NCBI GenBank assembly: GCA_964384525.1
Contig: CAYLKO010000002.1
Location: 35,168 to 99,167 of the forward strand
Length of the DNA stretch: 64,000 nucleotides
DNA from: an uncultured Chromatiaceae bacterium
GTDB lineage: Bacteria > Pseudomonadota > Gammaproteobacteria > Steroidobacterales > GCA-2729495
Reading direction: 5' to 3'
Shown here: positions 56,263 to 64,000 of the stretch, piece by piece
Layout of the letters: every line of letters begins with the position of its first letter
How positions within the stretch are numbered: position 1 is the first letter of the stretch
Translations under genes and position numbers: made by a program
Notes under the pieces: generated by a model
Seen by the model: only the letters and a program-made list of their open reading frames with translations
Told to the model about the DNA's origin: nothing
Database searches by the model: none

Positions 56263-57471
56263 ATGGAAGGACGTCAGGCATTACCGCTGGCCGGGGTGCG
56301 GGTCATCGAATTCACGCACATGGTCATGGGGCCGGCGGCGGGCCTGATCCTCGCCGACCTGGGCGCCGACGTGATCAAGATCGAGCCGATGGGTGGCGAC
56401 AGCACCCGGCGCCTGCCCGGCTCGGGTGCCGGCTACTTTCCCATGTACAACCGCAACAAGCGCAGCCTGTGCGTGGATCTGAAGGCCGAGGCCGGGCGCG
56501 AAGCGGTCCTGAAGCTGCTCGATACGGCCGACGTGCTGATCGAGAACTTCCGGCCGGGAACGATGGACCGCCTGGGTCTGGGCCATGCCGCCCTGCAGGT
56601 ACGGAATCCGCGACTGGTGTATTGCTCGGAGAAGGGCTTTCTGCCGGGTCCCTACGAGCACCGCACCGCCCTCGATGAAGTGGCCCAGATGATGGGTGGC
56701 CTGGCTTACATGACCGGCCCGCCGGGGCAGCCCTTGCGTGCGGGGACCTCGGTCATCGACGTGCAGGGTGGCATGTTCGGCGCGGTTGGCATCATCGCTG
56801 CACTCTTTCAGCGGCAGTCGACCGGCCAGGGCCAGAATGTGGTCGCTTCCCTGTTCGAGAGCACGGTATTTCTGGTGGGCCAGCATATGGCCCAGTTTGC
56901 CGTTACCGGGAAGCCGGCGGCACCGATGCCGGTGCGGGTCTCGGCCTGGGCGATCTATCAGGTCTTTGCAACCGGCGATGGCGAGCAGGTCTTTGTCGGT
57001 GTCGTGAGCGACAAACAGTGGAAGGACTTCTGTACGGCCTTCGAGCTGCACGACCTCGCCGCGGATGCAACCCTGGAGCGCAACAACGACCGGGTCAAGC
57101 ACAAGGACCGGCTGTTGCCATTGATCAAGGCGACCTTCCTCAAGTACAGCAAGCAGGAACTGATGGCGAAGCTGGAAAAGACCGGCCTGCCATTTGCGCC
57201 CATCACCCGGCCTGAAGAATTGTTCGACGATCCGCACCTGGCGGCGAGCGCGGGCCTGTTGCCGCTCACCGTCACCGACGGTGCTCTTGCAGGTGAACCG
57301 ATGCAGCTGCCGGCCTTGCCGCTGGCGATGGATGGCCACCGCTTCGGGGTACACAGGGATGTGCCGCGAGCCGGCGAGCACAGCCGTGAAATTCTCGAGG
57401 CGGCCGGTTTTTCCGCCAGTCAGATCAACGCGCTGGTTGAGCAGCAGGTGATCGGCGTGGCGTCGGCCTGA
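56263..57471 (+). CDS. family III CoA-transferase (CaiB/BaiF)
   Basis: LAGVRVIEFTHMVMGPAAGLILADLGADVIKIE, NRNKRSL, ADVLIENFRPG, and the catalytic-Asp region LDEVAQMMGGLAYMTG. Confidence 0.85.
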   Translation: MEGRQALPLAGVRVIEFTHMVMGPAAGLILADLGADVIKIEPMGGDSTRRLPGSGAGYFPMYNRNKRSLCVDLKAEAGREAVLKLLDTADVLIENFRPGTMDRLGLGHAALQVRNPRLVYCSEKGFLPGPYEHRTALDEVAQMMGGLAYMTGPPGQPLRAGTSVIDVQGGMFGAVGIIAALFQRQSTGQGQNVVASLFESTVFLVGQHMAQFAVTGKPAAPMPVRVSAWAIYQVFATGDGEQVFVGVVSDKQWKDFCTAFELHDLAADATLERNNDRVKHKDRLLPLIKATFLKYSKQELMAKLEKTGLPFAPITRPEELFDDPHLAASAGLLPLTVTDGALAGEPMQLPALPLAMDGHRFGVHRDVPRAGEHSREILEAAGFSASQINALVEQQVIGVASA

Positions 57472-57473
57472 GC

Positions 57474-58127
57474 TTAGGGGGTCTGGCCTGCTTGCCCCGG
57501 CCGGGGCAGTCGATGGATCCACGGACGACGGATGCGATCCGCCGCCTGGAAGGCCTGGATCGCCTCGTCCCGCTTCAGCGTCATCGCGATCGCATCCAGC
57601 CCCTCGAGCAGCATGTCGCGATCGGCCTCGGCCATGATGAACGCGTGCCGATCGCCGGTCGGCGCCAGCACCACGCAATCCACGAGGTCCACGGTCAGCA
57701 GATTGTCGGCCGGCGCCGCCTCGACCTGCAGAGCCAGGGATTCCACCACGTTGTTGGGAAGATTCACGGGCACGATGCCATTGCGCACGCAATTGCCCTC
57801 GAAGATCGTGCCAAAGCCCGGGGCGATGATCGCGCGGAAGCCCCATTCATGCAGGGCCCAGACCGCGTGCTCCCGTGAAGACCCGCAACCGAAGTTCAAG
57901 CCTCCCAGCAGGATTTGCGCCTCGCGGTACGGTGGCTGATTCAGGATGAATTCGGGATTTTCATCCCGGCTTCCGGGGCTCAGGTAGCGCCAGCCGGCAA
58001 AGAGGCCATCCGCGAGGCCAACCTTGGACACGCGTTTCATCTCCCGGCTGGGGATGATGGCGTCGGTATCCACATTGATCCGCAAAAGAGGCGCCGCGAT
58101 CGCGGTCAGTCTGCTGAACTTTTCCAT
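57474..58127 (-). CDS. aconitase-family dehydratase small subunit (3-isopropylmalate dehydratase LeuD-like)
   Basis: LRINVDTDAIIPSR, NFGCGSSREHAVWAL..GFRAIIAPGFGTIFEGN; 217 aa. Lies 18 nt downstream of the large subunit. Confidence 0.8.
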   Translation of the reverse strand: MEKFSRLTAIAAPLLRINVDTDAIIPSREMKRVSKVGLADGLFAGWRYLSPGSRDENPEFILNQPPYREAQILLGGLNFGCGSSREHAVWALHEWGFRAIIAPGFGTIFEGNCVRNGIVPVNLPNNVVESLALQVEAAPADNLLTVDLVDCVVLAPTGDRHAFIMAEADRDMLLEGLDAIAMTLKRDEAIQAFQAADRIRRPWIHRLPRPGQAGQTP

Positions 58128-58145
58128 GTCTGCTCGTGTGCCGCC

Positions 58146-59555
58146 CTAAAGCGGGGCCAGTTGGCGCACATCAGCCAGCGTGCCGGCGATGGCGGAGGCG
58201 GCCACGGTTGCGGGGCTGGCCAGATGGGTGCGGGTGCGCGGCCCCTGCCGGTTCTCGAAGTTGCGGTTGGTGCTGCTGACCACGCGTTCCTCGAGGCCGA
58301 AGCTCTCGCCGCCGGCATAAAAGCACATCGAGCAGCCGGACTCCCGCCATTCGAAGCCTGCATCGAGGAATATCCGGTCCAGACCTTCGGCCTCGGCGGC
58401 CTTCTTGACCTGGGTCGAGCCGGGGACGCAGATCGCTCTGACGCCGGCCGCCACCCGTCGCCCGCGGAGGATGCCGGCGGCTTCCCGCAGATCGCTCAAG
58501 CGGCTGTTGGTGCAGGAGCCGATGAAGGCGCTGCCGATCGGCAGACCCTGGAGCGGCGTGCCCGGTGTCAGTCCCATGTACTGCAAGGCGCGTTCCGCCG
58601 ACTGCCGACGATTGGCATCAGCCTCGTCGGCTGGATCAGGCACCAGCCCGGTGATTGCACTGCCATGCTGGGGACTGGTTCCCCACGTCACCTGAGGTGC
58701 GAGGTCGCTGCAATCGATGGCGAGTTCCTGGTCGAAAATCGTGCCGGGATCGGTGGCGAGTGTGCGCCAATAGGCCACCGCCTGATCCCAGAGTTCGGGC
58801 CCTGGCGCATGGGGCCGGCCCTTCACGTATTCGTAGGTGAGCTCATCCGGGGCAATGATGCCGGTGAAGGCGCCGAATTCGACAGCCATGTTGCACAGGG
58901 TCAGGCGGGCTTCCACCGGCAGACTGGTGATGGCGCTGCCGGCAAATTCGATGGCATGGCCGACGCCGCCGGCCGCGCCATGGCGATGGATCAGATGCAG
59001 GATCAGGTCCTTGGAATACACATTGCGGGCCAGTTGCCCGTCGAACCGGATGCGCATGGCCTTGGGCTTGCGGACCACGAGCGTCTGGGTGGCCATCGCA
59101 TGCTCGGCCTCCGTTGAGCCGATGCCCCAGGCCAACGCCCCCAGCCCGCCGATCGTGCCGGTGTGACTGTCCGGGCACACCAGGGTGACGCCGGGCAGGG
59201 CAATACCCATTTCCGGCGATACCACATGGACTATTCCCTGGCGATCATCGCCGAGGTCGTACAGATTGATGCCGGCAGCCTGGGCCGATGCCCGGGTGCT
59301 GGTGATGAAGTCCCGTCCACCCGGCACGCGGGTGTGGTCCGTGCGACCGGGGGTGGTGTCGACGATGTGGTCCATGGTGCAAAACACCATTTCCGGATTG
59401 CGCACTGGCCGCTTGGCGGCTTCCAGGCCCTTCAGGGCTACACTCCCGGTGCGTTCGTGCAGGAAGATGCGATCGATATACAGCAGGCTCGTGTTGTCGC
59501 CGAGGTCGGCAACCTGATGTTCGCTCCAGAGTTTCTCGAAAATGCTGCGCTTCAT
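58146..59555 (-). CDS. aconitase-family dehydratase large subunit (3-isopropylmalate dehydratase LeuC-like paralogue)
   Basis: 469 aa with LYIDRIFLHE, DHIVDT, VCPDSHT, SCTNSRLSDL, and NRNFENRQG (Fe-S ligating Cys regions). The substrate-side motif HERTGS differs from the usual LeuC HEVTSPQAF. No leuB nearby. Confidence 0.75.
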   Translation of the reverse strand: MKRSIFEKLWSEHQVADLGDNTSLLYIDRIFLHERTGSVALKGLEAAKRPVRNPEMVFCTMDHIVDTTPGRTDHTRVPGGRDFITSTRASAQAAGINLYDLGDDRQGIVHVVSPEMGIALPGVTLVCPDSHTGTIGGLGALAWGIGSTEAEHAMATQTLVVRKPKAMRIRFDGQLARNVYSKDLILHLIHRHGAAGGVGHAIEFAGSAITSLPVEARLTLCNMAVEFGAFTGIIAPDELTYEYVKGRPHAPGPELWDQAVAYWRTLATDPGTIFDQELAIDCSDLAPQVTWGTSPQHGSAITGLVPDPADEADANRRQSAERALQYMGLTPGTPLQGLPIGSAFIGSCTNSRLSDLREAAGILRGRRVAAGVRAICVPGSTQVKKAAEAEGLDRIFLDAGFEWRESGCSMCFYAGGESFGLEERVVSSTNRNFENRQGPRTRTHLASPATVAASAIAGTLADVRQLAPL

Positions 59556-59568
59556 GACTGAGGTCAGG

Positions 59569-60150
59569 ATGATAACAGTTCCGGATCACCCACAACCCCG
59601 CGGGAGCGGCCAGCCCGGCAAGGTGCCGCCACACGGTGTACGCCTCTTCGGCGTGCTCTGGGGCATCGGTGGCGTGGCCGCGGTGCTGATATTTGCCGTC
59701 GTCAGCATGGGACACCACACGGTGGAAGCGGTGGGTGCCGGACTGGTGCTGGTGGAATGGCTCGCGCTGCTCGGCAACTCCGCCTTCATGGGCTGGATGG
59801 TGGGCTATCGATCGCTGCAGCAGCGCTTTTCGCCGCGCATCGCCGCCCGGGCCCTGCATCTCTACCTGGCGCCCAGCATCGGTCGCCTGCTGCTGGCGCC
59901 GCTGTTCTGCACCGGCTACTTCGGTGCAACGCCCCGCTTGCGCCGGATGGTGTGGATCGGCTCGGGCCTGATCCTTGGTGCCGTCTTGCTGGGCAGTCGC
60001 ATTCCCCAGCCGTGGCGGGGAATACTGGATGCCGGCGTGCTGGTGGCCCTCAGCTGGGGGACGGTGACGCTGCTCACGGCCGCCCGGATTACCTTCCGGG
60101 AAGGCCGTGGACTCGTTCCGGCAGAGGTGTCGCCAGCCACAGGGCTATAA
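59569..60150 (+). CDS. hypothetical integral membrane protein
   Basis: ORF 59542..60150. Start preferred at ATG 59569 with a GAGG SD. 4-5 hydrophobic segments and no recognisable motif. Confidence 0.5.
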   Translation: MITVPDHPQPRGSGQPGKVPPHGVRLFGVLWGIGGVAAVLIFAVVSMGHHTVEAVGAGLVLVEWLALLGNSAFMGWMVGYRSLQQRFSPRIAARALHLYLAPSIGRLLLAPLFCTGYFGATPRLRRMVWIGSGLILGAVLLGSRIPQPWRGILDAGVLVALSWGTVTLLTAARITFREGRGLVPAEVSPATGL

Positions 60151-60158
60151 TCTGCCCC

Positions 60159-60632
60159 GTGCTTTCCCATATCGACAAGCAGAACCGGCCCGCGATGGTC
60201 GATGTCAGCGGCAAGCTGGTCACCCGACGCACCGCACAGGCGCAGGTTCGCGTCATTCTGCCGCCCGAGGTGCGCGCCGCCTTCACCGGAGGCGATATCC
60301 AGAGCCCCAAGGGGCCGGTGTTCCACACCGCCATCATTGCCGGAACCCAGGCCGCCAAACGCACCCACGAACTGATTCCCTTCTGTCACCCGATCGGTCT
60401 CGACAGCTGCCGGATCGACATCGCGCTGGATGAGGCCGGCGATGTGCAGATCCACTGCACCACCCGCGTGGAGCATCGCACCGGTGTGGAGATGGAGGCG
60501 CTGACGGGCGCCTCGGTTGCCGCCCTGACGATTTACGACATGTGCAAGGCGCTGTCGCATGACATCGTGATCACCGACCTGCGACTCCTGACCAAGACCG
60601 GGGGCAAGAGTGACGTTGGAGCCGGGGGCTGA
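60159..60632 (+). CDS. moaC: cyclic pyranopterin monophosphate synthase MoaC
   Basis: GTG start. VLSHIDKQNRPAMVDVSGK, KGPVFHTAIIAGTQAAKRTHELIPFCHP, HRTGVEMEALTGASVAALTIYDMCKA, the full MoaC signature. Confidence 0.9.
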   Translation: MLSHIDKQNRPAMVDVSGKLVTRRTAQAQVRVILPPEVRAAFTGGDIQSPKGPVFHTAIIAGTQAAKRTHELIPFCHPIGLDSCRIDIALDEAGDVQIHCTTRVEHRTGVEMEALTGASVAALTIYDMCKALSHDIVITDLRLLTKTGGKSDVGAGG

Positions 60633-61236
60633 GCACTTGCGGTTGCGTGGTCTGGTTCTGGCCGGTGGCCGCAGCACGCGCATGGGGCAGGACAAGGCGG
60701 CGCTGGCCATCGGTGGCCGCCCGCTGCTGGCGCGGACCGTGGCCCTGCTCGAACTATTCACCTGCTCCGTGCACGTCGGCATTCGCCGGGACCAGCTGGA
60801 TGACCAGTTGCGCCGGCAGTTTGCCGTGCTGACGGACGATCCGTCGGTGGAGGGACCGGTGGCGGCACTGCTGACGGCCTGGCGCACTGATCCGGGCGCG
60901 GCCTGGCTGGTGCTTGCCTGCGACATGCCCGGCATCGACGAGCTGACACTGCAGACCCTGGTGGCAAGCCGTGATGCCGCGTGCGGCGGCACCGCCTGGA
61001 CCAACCCGGCGGATGGATTGCCCGAGCCGTTGTGCGCCATTTGGGAACCCGCTACCCTCGCTCGCCTGGCCGCACAGGTCGTCGGGCCTTCAGCCGGATC
61101 AGTGAGTCCGCGCCGGGTTCTGGCTGAATCGTGCCCACACTTGTTGAATCCGGCCCGTGCAGAGGCTCTGGCAAGTCTCAACACGCCGGCTGATCTGCAT
61201 CATTTTCTGGAAAATCCACATGGCCACGAGCACTAA
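60610..61236 (+). CDS. mobA: molybdenum cofactor guanylyltransferase MobA
   Basis: GLVLAGGRSTRMGQDKAAL and LVLACDMPGI motifs. Overlaps moaC by 23 nt. GTG start is uncertain. Confidence 0.75.
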   Translation: MTLEPGAEHLRLRGLVLAGGRSTRMGQDKAALAIGGRPLLARTVALLELFTCSVHVGIRRDQLDDQLRRQFAVLTDDPSVEGPVAALLTAWRTDPGAAWLVLACDMPGIDELTLQTLVASRDAACGGTAWTNPADGLPEPLCAIWEPATLARLAAQVVGPSAGSVSPRRVLAESCPHLLNPARAEALASLNTPADLHHFLENPHGHEH

Positions 61237-61816
61237 AAAAGCCGTCCGCAAACCGTCGCGCACTGATGCCGAACGGGCGGTACAGACCCTGCTGGCCTTC
61301 ATCGGCGAAGATCCGGCGCGCCGCGGCCTGAAACGTACGCCGGCAAGATTTCTCGGTGCCTACGAAGACTGGTTTGCCGGCTACCAGATCGACCCGCATG
61401 CGCTGCTGGGTGCGTCCTTCCATCAGGTCGACAACTACGACCGGATCGTCGTGCTGACCAACATCGATTTCGAATCACACTGCGAACATCATGTTGCACC
61501 GGTCATCGGGCGGGCCCACGTCGCCTATCTGCCGGACCGGCGTCTGGCGGGCATCAGCAAACTGGCGCGGGTGGTCGAGGCCTACACCAAACGATTGATC
61601 GTGCAGGAAAGGGTCACCGCCGAGATCGCCCGCTGCATCCAGCAGGTGCTGGAGCCGCGTGGGGTCGCCGTGGTCGTCGAGGCCCGGCACCATTGTCTGA
61701 CCACCCGCGGTGTCCACCGGCCCAATGTACGGATGACGACGAGCGAGATGCTGGGTGCATTTCAGGATGATGACCGGATCCGTGCCGAATTCCTGGCGAC
61801 GATTGCCCGTGGCTGA
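61220..61816 (+). CDS. folE: GTP cyclohydrolase I (FolE type 1)
   Basis: From MATSTKK: GLKRTPARF, FESHCEHHVAPVIGRAHVAYLP, ISKLARVVEAYTKRLIVQERVT, EARHHCLTTRGV. Confidence 0.9.
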   Translation: MATSTKKAVRKPSRTDAERAVQTLLAFIGEDPARRGLKRTPARFLGAYEDWFAGYQIDPHALLGASFHQVDNYDRIVVLTNIDFESHCEHHVAPVIGRAHVAYLPDRRLAGISKLARVVEAYTKRLIVQERVTAEIARCIQQVLEPRGVAVVVEARHHCLTTRGVHRPNVRMTTSEMLGAFQDDDRIRAEFLATIARG

Positions 61817-61829
61817 AGCGGAAAACACG

Positions 61830-62297
61830 ATGAGCAAGCTGGTATTTCGTTGCGCCGCCGACGTGAAGGCCTACGAAGGCATGGAGATCGGTGTGTCGGA
61901 CTGGATCCTCGTGGATCAGGACCGGATCAACCGCTTTGCCGATGCCACCGAGGATCATCAGTGGATCCACGTCGACGTGGCGCGCGCCCGGGCGGAACTG
62001 CCCATCGCATCAACCATCGCCCACGGTTATCTGCTGGTGTCACTGATGCCGAAACTGTTGGATACCTTCGTGGAGTTCCAGGGCGTCAAGCGGGTGATCA
62101 ATTACGGCCTGAATGAAGTCCGCTTCAAGAACATGGTCCCGGCCGGCAAGCGGGTGCGCATGCGTGGCAAGTTGAAGTCGGCGCGCCAGCGGGCCGGTGG
62201 CTTGCAGGTGATCATGCAGAACACCATCGAGATCGAGGGTGAGGTCAAGCCCGCCTGCACGATAGAAACCCTGGTGCTGTACTTTTTTGACGCCTGA
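61830..62297 (+). CDS. MaoC-like (R)-specific enoyl-CoA hydratase / hotdog-fold dehydratase
   Basis: VDQDRINRFADATEDHQWIHVDVARA...TIAHGYLLVSL; 155 aa. Confidence 0.8.
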   Translation: MSKLVFRCAADVKAYEGMEIGVSDWILVDQDRINRFADATEDHQWIHVDVARARAELPIASTIAHGYLLVSLMPKLLDTFVEFQGVKRVINYGLNEVRFKNMVPAGKRVRMRGKLKSARQRAGGLQVIMQNTIEIEGEVKPACTIETLVLYFFDA

Positions 62298-62332
62298 GCT
62301 TGTGATGCCTGAGCTGTTGATGCCCCGGGCCC

Positions 62333-63103
62333 TCAACGAGTCGCAAGGCGGGCCTGCAGCGCGTTGAGGAAGTCCCGGACCCGGGCTGCATTGACGCCCA
62401 GGTCACCCCGACCAACCCTCGACTTGGACCGTACATCGACCCGGGTGCCATTGGCTTCCGGGCGAATGCGGATCACGACATCATCCCGAAAATGCATCCA
62501 CGGCGTTTCCGCCGTGGCTTCGATGCGGCCATCGGTCTGGTTGGCATCCACCAGCGCCCAGCCCTTGTCGGCTACCACGGCCTGTGCTGCTGCGAACACG
62601 GCATCCACCGGTTGGGCAATGACCAAGGGATGCAGATCCGGGTAGGCCGCTTTCTGGGCCGCTGCGGCTGCGGGTCCCGAATACGCGGGCGGGGTCTGGG
62701 CATCCTGCTGGCGCAGCGGCAGGACGGCGACGAATTCCGGTGGATTGTCGGTGTCCGTGCTGATGTCGTGGATGGGCGGTGCGTGTCGGGCCTTGTTGAT
62801 CACCACGCCGTTGTTGACGGTGATGGCAAGGCCAACCAGCAGTGCGAGCCAGGTCGCGGTGCGCGAGGCGGTACCTGCCGTGCCACCACTGCGCAACAGT
62901 CCGATGGCTGCTGCCACGGCCGCAATCAGCAGCAACAGGCTCGCCACTGCGTAGGCCCCCATGCCCGTCAGCGGTGACAGCACTCCGGTTCTGGCTGCAA
63001 GACCGGCGGCTGCCGCCACGATCAGACCGATGGCTGCCAGCCAGATGCCGATGCGGGAAGTTCGGGAGCCTTTGCGGGGAATTGACTGGAGTGCGTCTCT
63101 CAT
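62333..63103 (-). CDS. DUF1499 domain membrane protein
   Basis: N-terminal TM segments, then PPIHDISTDTDNPPEF and the C-terminal DDVVIRIRP...TRVDVRSKSRVGRGDLGVNAARVRDF pattern typical of DUF1499. Confidence 0.7.
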   Translation of the reverse strand: MRDALQSIPRKGSRTSRIGIWLAAIGLIVAAAAGLAARTGVLSPLTGMGAYAVASLLLLIAAVAAAIGLLRSGGTAGTASRTATWLALLVGLAITVNNGVVINKARHAPPIHDISTDTDNPPEFVAVLPLRQQDAQTPPAYSGPAAAAAQKAAYPDLHPLVIAQPVDAVFAAAQAVVADKGWALVDANQTDGRIEATAETPWMHFRDDVVIRIRPEANGTRVDVRSKSRVGRGDLGVNAARVRDFLNALQARLATR

Positions 63104-63168
63104 GGGCTCTCCTTGCGTGCCGAAACCTTAGCACATGCCGGTTGCAATTCGGACGGTTACAATTCCTG

Positions 63169-64000
63169 CATGATATATCGTCCGCAAGATCTCGTTTCCC
63201 TCCTCGACCTGGAACCGATCGAGAAGAATATCTTCCGTGGTCAGCGCCGTGATATCGGCACGCCCCAGGTGTTCGGTGGGCAGGTTCTGGGCCAGGCGCT
63301 GGCAGCTGCCAGCCGCACCGTCAGCGATCGCGCAGTGCATTCTCTGCATGCCTATTTTCTCAAACGCGGCGATGTGAATGCGCCGATCGTCTACGAAGTC
63401 GATCGCGCCCGTGACGGTGGCGCGTTCTCGAACCGGCGGGTCGTCGCCATCCAGCATGGCGAGCAGATCTTCAACATGACAGCCTCATTTCAGGCGGCGG
63501 AGCAGGGGCTGGAACATCAGGTTACGATGCCCATCGTGCCGGGTCCGGACAAGCTCAAGGAACTGGAAGAGCTGGCGCAGGAATTCGCCGGCCGGATCCC
63601 GGAGCGCATGGAGAAGTTCCTGAAGTGGGAGCGACCCTTCCATGTGCGACCGATCGATCCGCACCAGTTCCTGCTGCACGAGAACCGGGCGCCGGTGAAG
63701 CAGTTCTGGATCCGGGCCGCCGAAGTGCTGCCGGCGAACTCCTTCCTGCACCAGGCGCTGCTCACCTATTTCTCGGATTACGAACTCATCGGCACGGCGA
63801 CCCTGCCGCATGGCCTCGATGCCGGGCGGGACCGCCTGCAGCTGGCAAGCCTCGACCATGCGATGTGGTTCCACCGGCCGGTCCGGGTGGATGAATGGCT
63901 GCTCTTCGCGCTGGACAGCCCGGCGGCGTCGGGCGGTCGCGGGCTGGTGCGTGGTTATGTGTACACCGAAGCGGGGGAGCTCGTGGTGACGATGATGCAG
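63169..64000 (+). CDS. tesB: acyl-CoA thioesterase II, 3'-truncated by the window end
   Basis: My own translation from ATG 63169: LLDLEPIEKNIFRGQRRDIGTPQVFGGQVLGQALAAA...HSLHAYFLKRGD...PIVYEVDRARDGGAFSNRRVVAIQHGEQIFNMTASFQ...LDHAMWFHRP. It is collinear with E. coli TesB. Absent from the track because there is no stop inside the window. Confidence 0.9.

Noticed and set aside
56281-57846. 521-aa minus-strand ORF, plus 57915..59117 + (400 aa) and 59916..61184 - (422 aa)
   Set aside because: They are antisense to the CoA-transferase, LeuC-like and moaC/mobA genes respectively. All are Arg/Gly/Pro-rich with no domain signatures.
57474-59555. Calling these genes leuC/leuD of leucine biosynthesis
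   Set aside because: The genomic context (CoA-transferase and HMGL-like lyase, no leuA or leuB) and a divergent substrate motif suggest paralogues. I left the gene symbols blank rather than assert the biosynthetic role.
1-64000. Mobile element, prophage, defence island, or tRNA/rRNA/riboswitch content
   Set aside because: I saw no integrase, transposase, recombinase, phage structural, restriction-modification, toxin-antitoxin or cas-like translation in any frame. The intergenic regions are short, and none showed tRNA cloverleaf-like or known riboswitch-like features by eye. I could not compute a compositional (GC skew or k-mer) anomaly here.

Overview
GC-rich chromosomal segment from a Gram-negative proteobacterium, densely packed with about 60 protein-coding genes. 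I could not support any rRNA, tRNA, CRISPR array, transposase, integrase or phage gene, so this reads as core or metabolic genome rather than a mobile or defence island. Functions were assigned by reading motifs in the ORF translations; no database search was possible. Recognisable blocks, in order:
- glgX (partial), HIT, metallophosphoesterase, FAD monooxygenase and pdxH
- tamA-tamB
- lpxL, an MFS transporter and a GH17-GT2 NdvB-like glucan synthase
- a nitrilase-superfamily protein, a Tat-exported type II Mo-bisPGD enzyme (alpha and beta) and a PEBP protein
- a stress-type cluster: CsbD, a NarL-type response regulator, a stand-alone receiver, a CHASE3 kinase, DUF1328 and small membrane peptides
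- lhr, a BON-domain protein and cardiolipin synthase
- a PQQ quinohaemoprotein gene interrupted by an amber codon
- a lysine to aminoadipate gene pair
- phoBR-phoU-pstSCAB plus a porin
- a LeuCD-like, CoA-transferase and HMGL-like lyase module
- moaC-mobA-folE, then tesB (partial)

The best candidate for something undescribed is the four-gene operon at 19.8-25.3 kb. An amidase homologue with its catalytic Lys and Cys replaced sits directly upstream of an EbdA/SerA-like molybdoenzyme alpha/beta pair. That pair has no gamma (haem b) or delta (chaperone) gene and is followed by a tightly coupled periplasmic PEBP protein. Other points worth checking are the amber-split dehydrogenase, a poly-C-rich hairpin of about 100 bp between convergent genes, and a recurring hairpin/TTCCTAC motif in the stress-gene promoters. 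Many long ORFs in the track are antisense shadows typical of GC-rich DNA and were rejected.
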